Assembly (NCBI GenBank): GCA_037834085.1
Contig: JBBMKC010193942.1
Location: forward strand, 1 to 36,850
DNA: 36,850 nucleotides
From: Bipalium vagum
Lineage: Eukaryota
Reading direction: 5' to 3'
The notes under the pieces: model-generated
The model's database searches: none
What the model was told of the DNA's origin: nothing
Seen by the model: only the letters and a program-made list of their open reading frames with translations
Shown here: one piece after another, positions 36,583 through 36,850 of the stretch
Position numbering within the stretch: position 1 is the first letter of the stretch
Layout: every line of letters begins with the position of its first letter
Made by a program: the position numbers and the translations under genes

Positions 36583-36850
36583 ATACATCTCACGGTCCAG
36601 CATTCAAGGAAAAATAACTTTTAGTAAATTATTTTTATTGTTATAAGTTTATTAGATTTGACTACAAATTTAAATAGATTTTTAGTATTAATAAATTAAA
36701 TAAATATAAAATAATTTTGGGATTCACACTGCTCACAAGTGAACCGATATCCATATAAAAAATAATAATTAATAACAAAATTAAAAGCTATAATTCGATT
36801 ACGAATTATAAGTTATTAATTAAATTAAATAAATACTAAGAATTGGACAG

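Overview
AT-rich, intron-containing animal genomic DNA with frequent (ATT)n tracts, many 41-64 bp introns and a few larger TE-filled introns. The style fits a planarian-type flatworm or similar invertebrate, but the species cannot be determined from sequence alone. Four genes can be reconstructed by hand. (1) The 5' part of an MPDZ/PATJ-like L27+PDZ scaffold gene on the minus strand, running off the window start. (2) Head-to-head with it, a complete 12-exon CFAP91 (MAATS1) gene of 886 aa, with a GC-AG intron and a long acidic tail. (3) An intronless 299-aa orphan gene carrying SILK, RVxF and phi-phi PP1-docking motifs. (4) An 11-exon, 574-aa gene with an unknown N-terminal domain, a probable winged helix, and a nucleoside phosphorylase (PNP_UDP/MTAN-like) domain. 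Its motifs resemble the PNP effector domains of fungal NLRs and Cap17-type ATP nucleosidases. This gene also has an intronic AP-1 motif cluster, a codon-composition shift after intron 3, and a GC-rich 3' UTR hairpin with a self-complementary loop. The rest is a graveyard of decayed transposons: Tc1 DD34E with intact TIRs, a DD38E Tc1-like element, mariner and IS630-like remnants, a MULE, restriction-endonuclease-type non-LTR retroelement fragments, RT fragments and several MITE-like inverted repeats. No CRISPR, rRNA or tRNA was found. All gene models and family calls come from manual translation and motif recognition; no searches were run.
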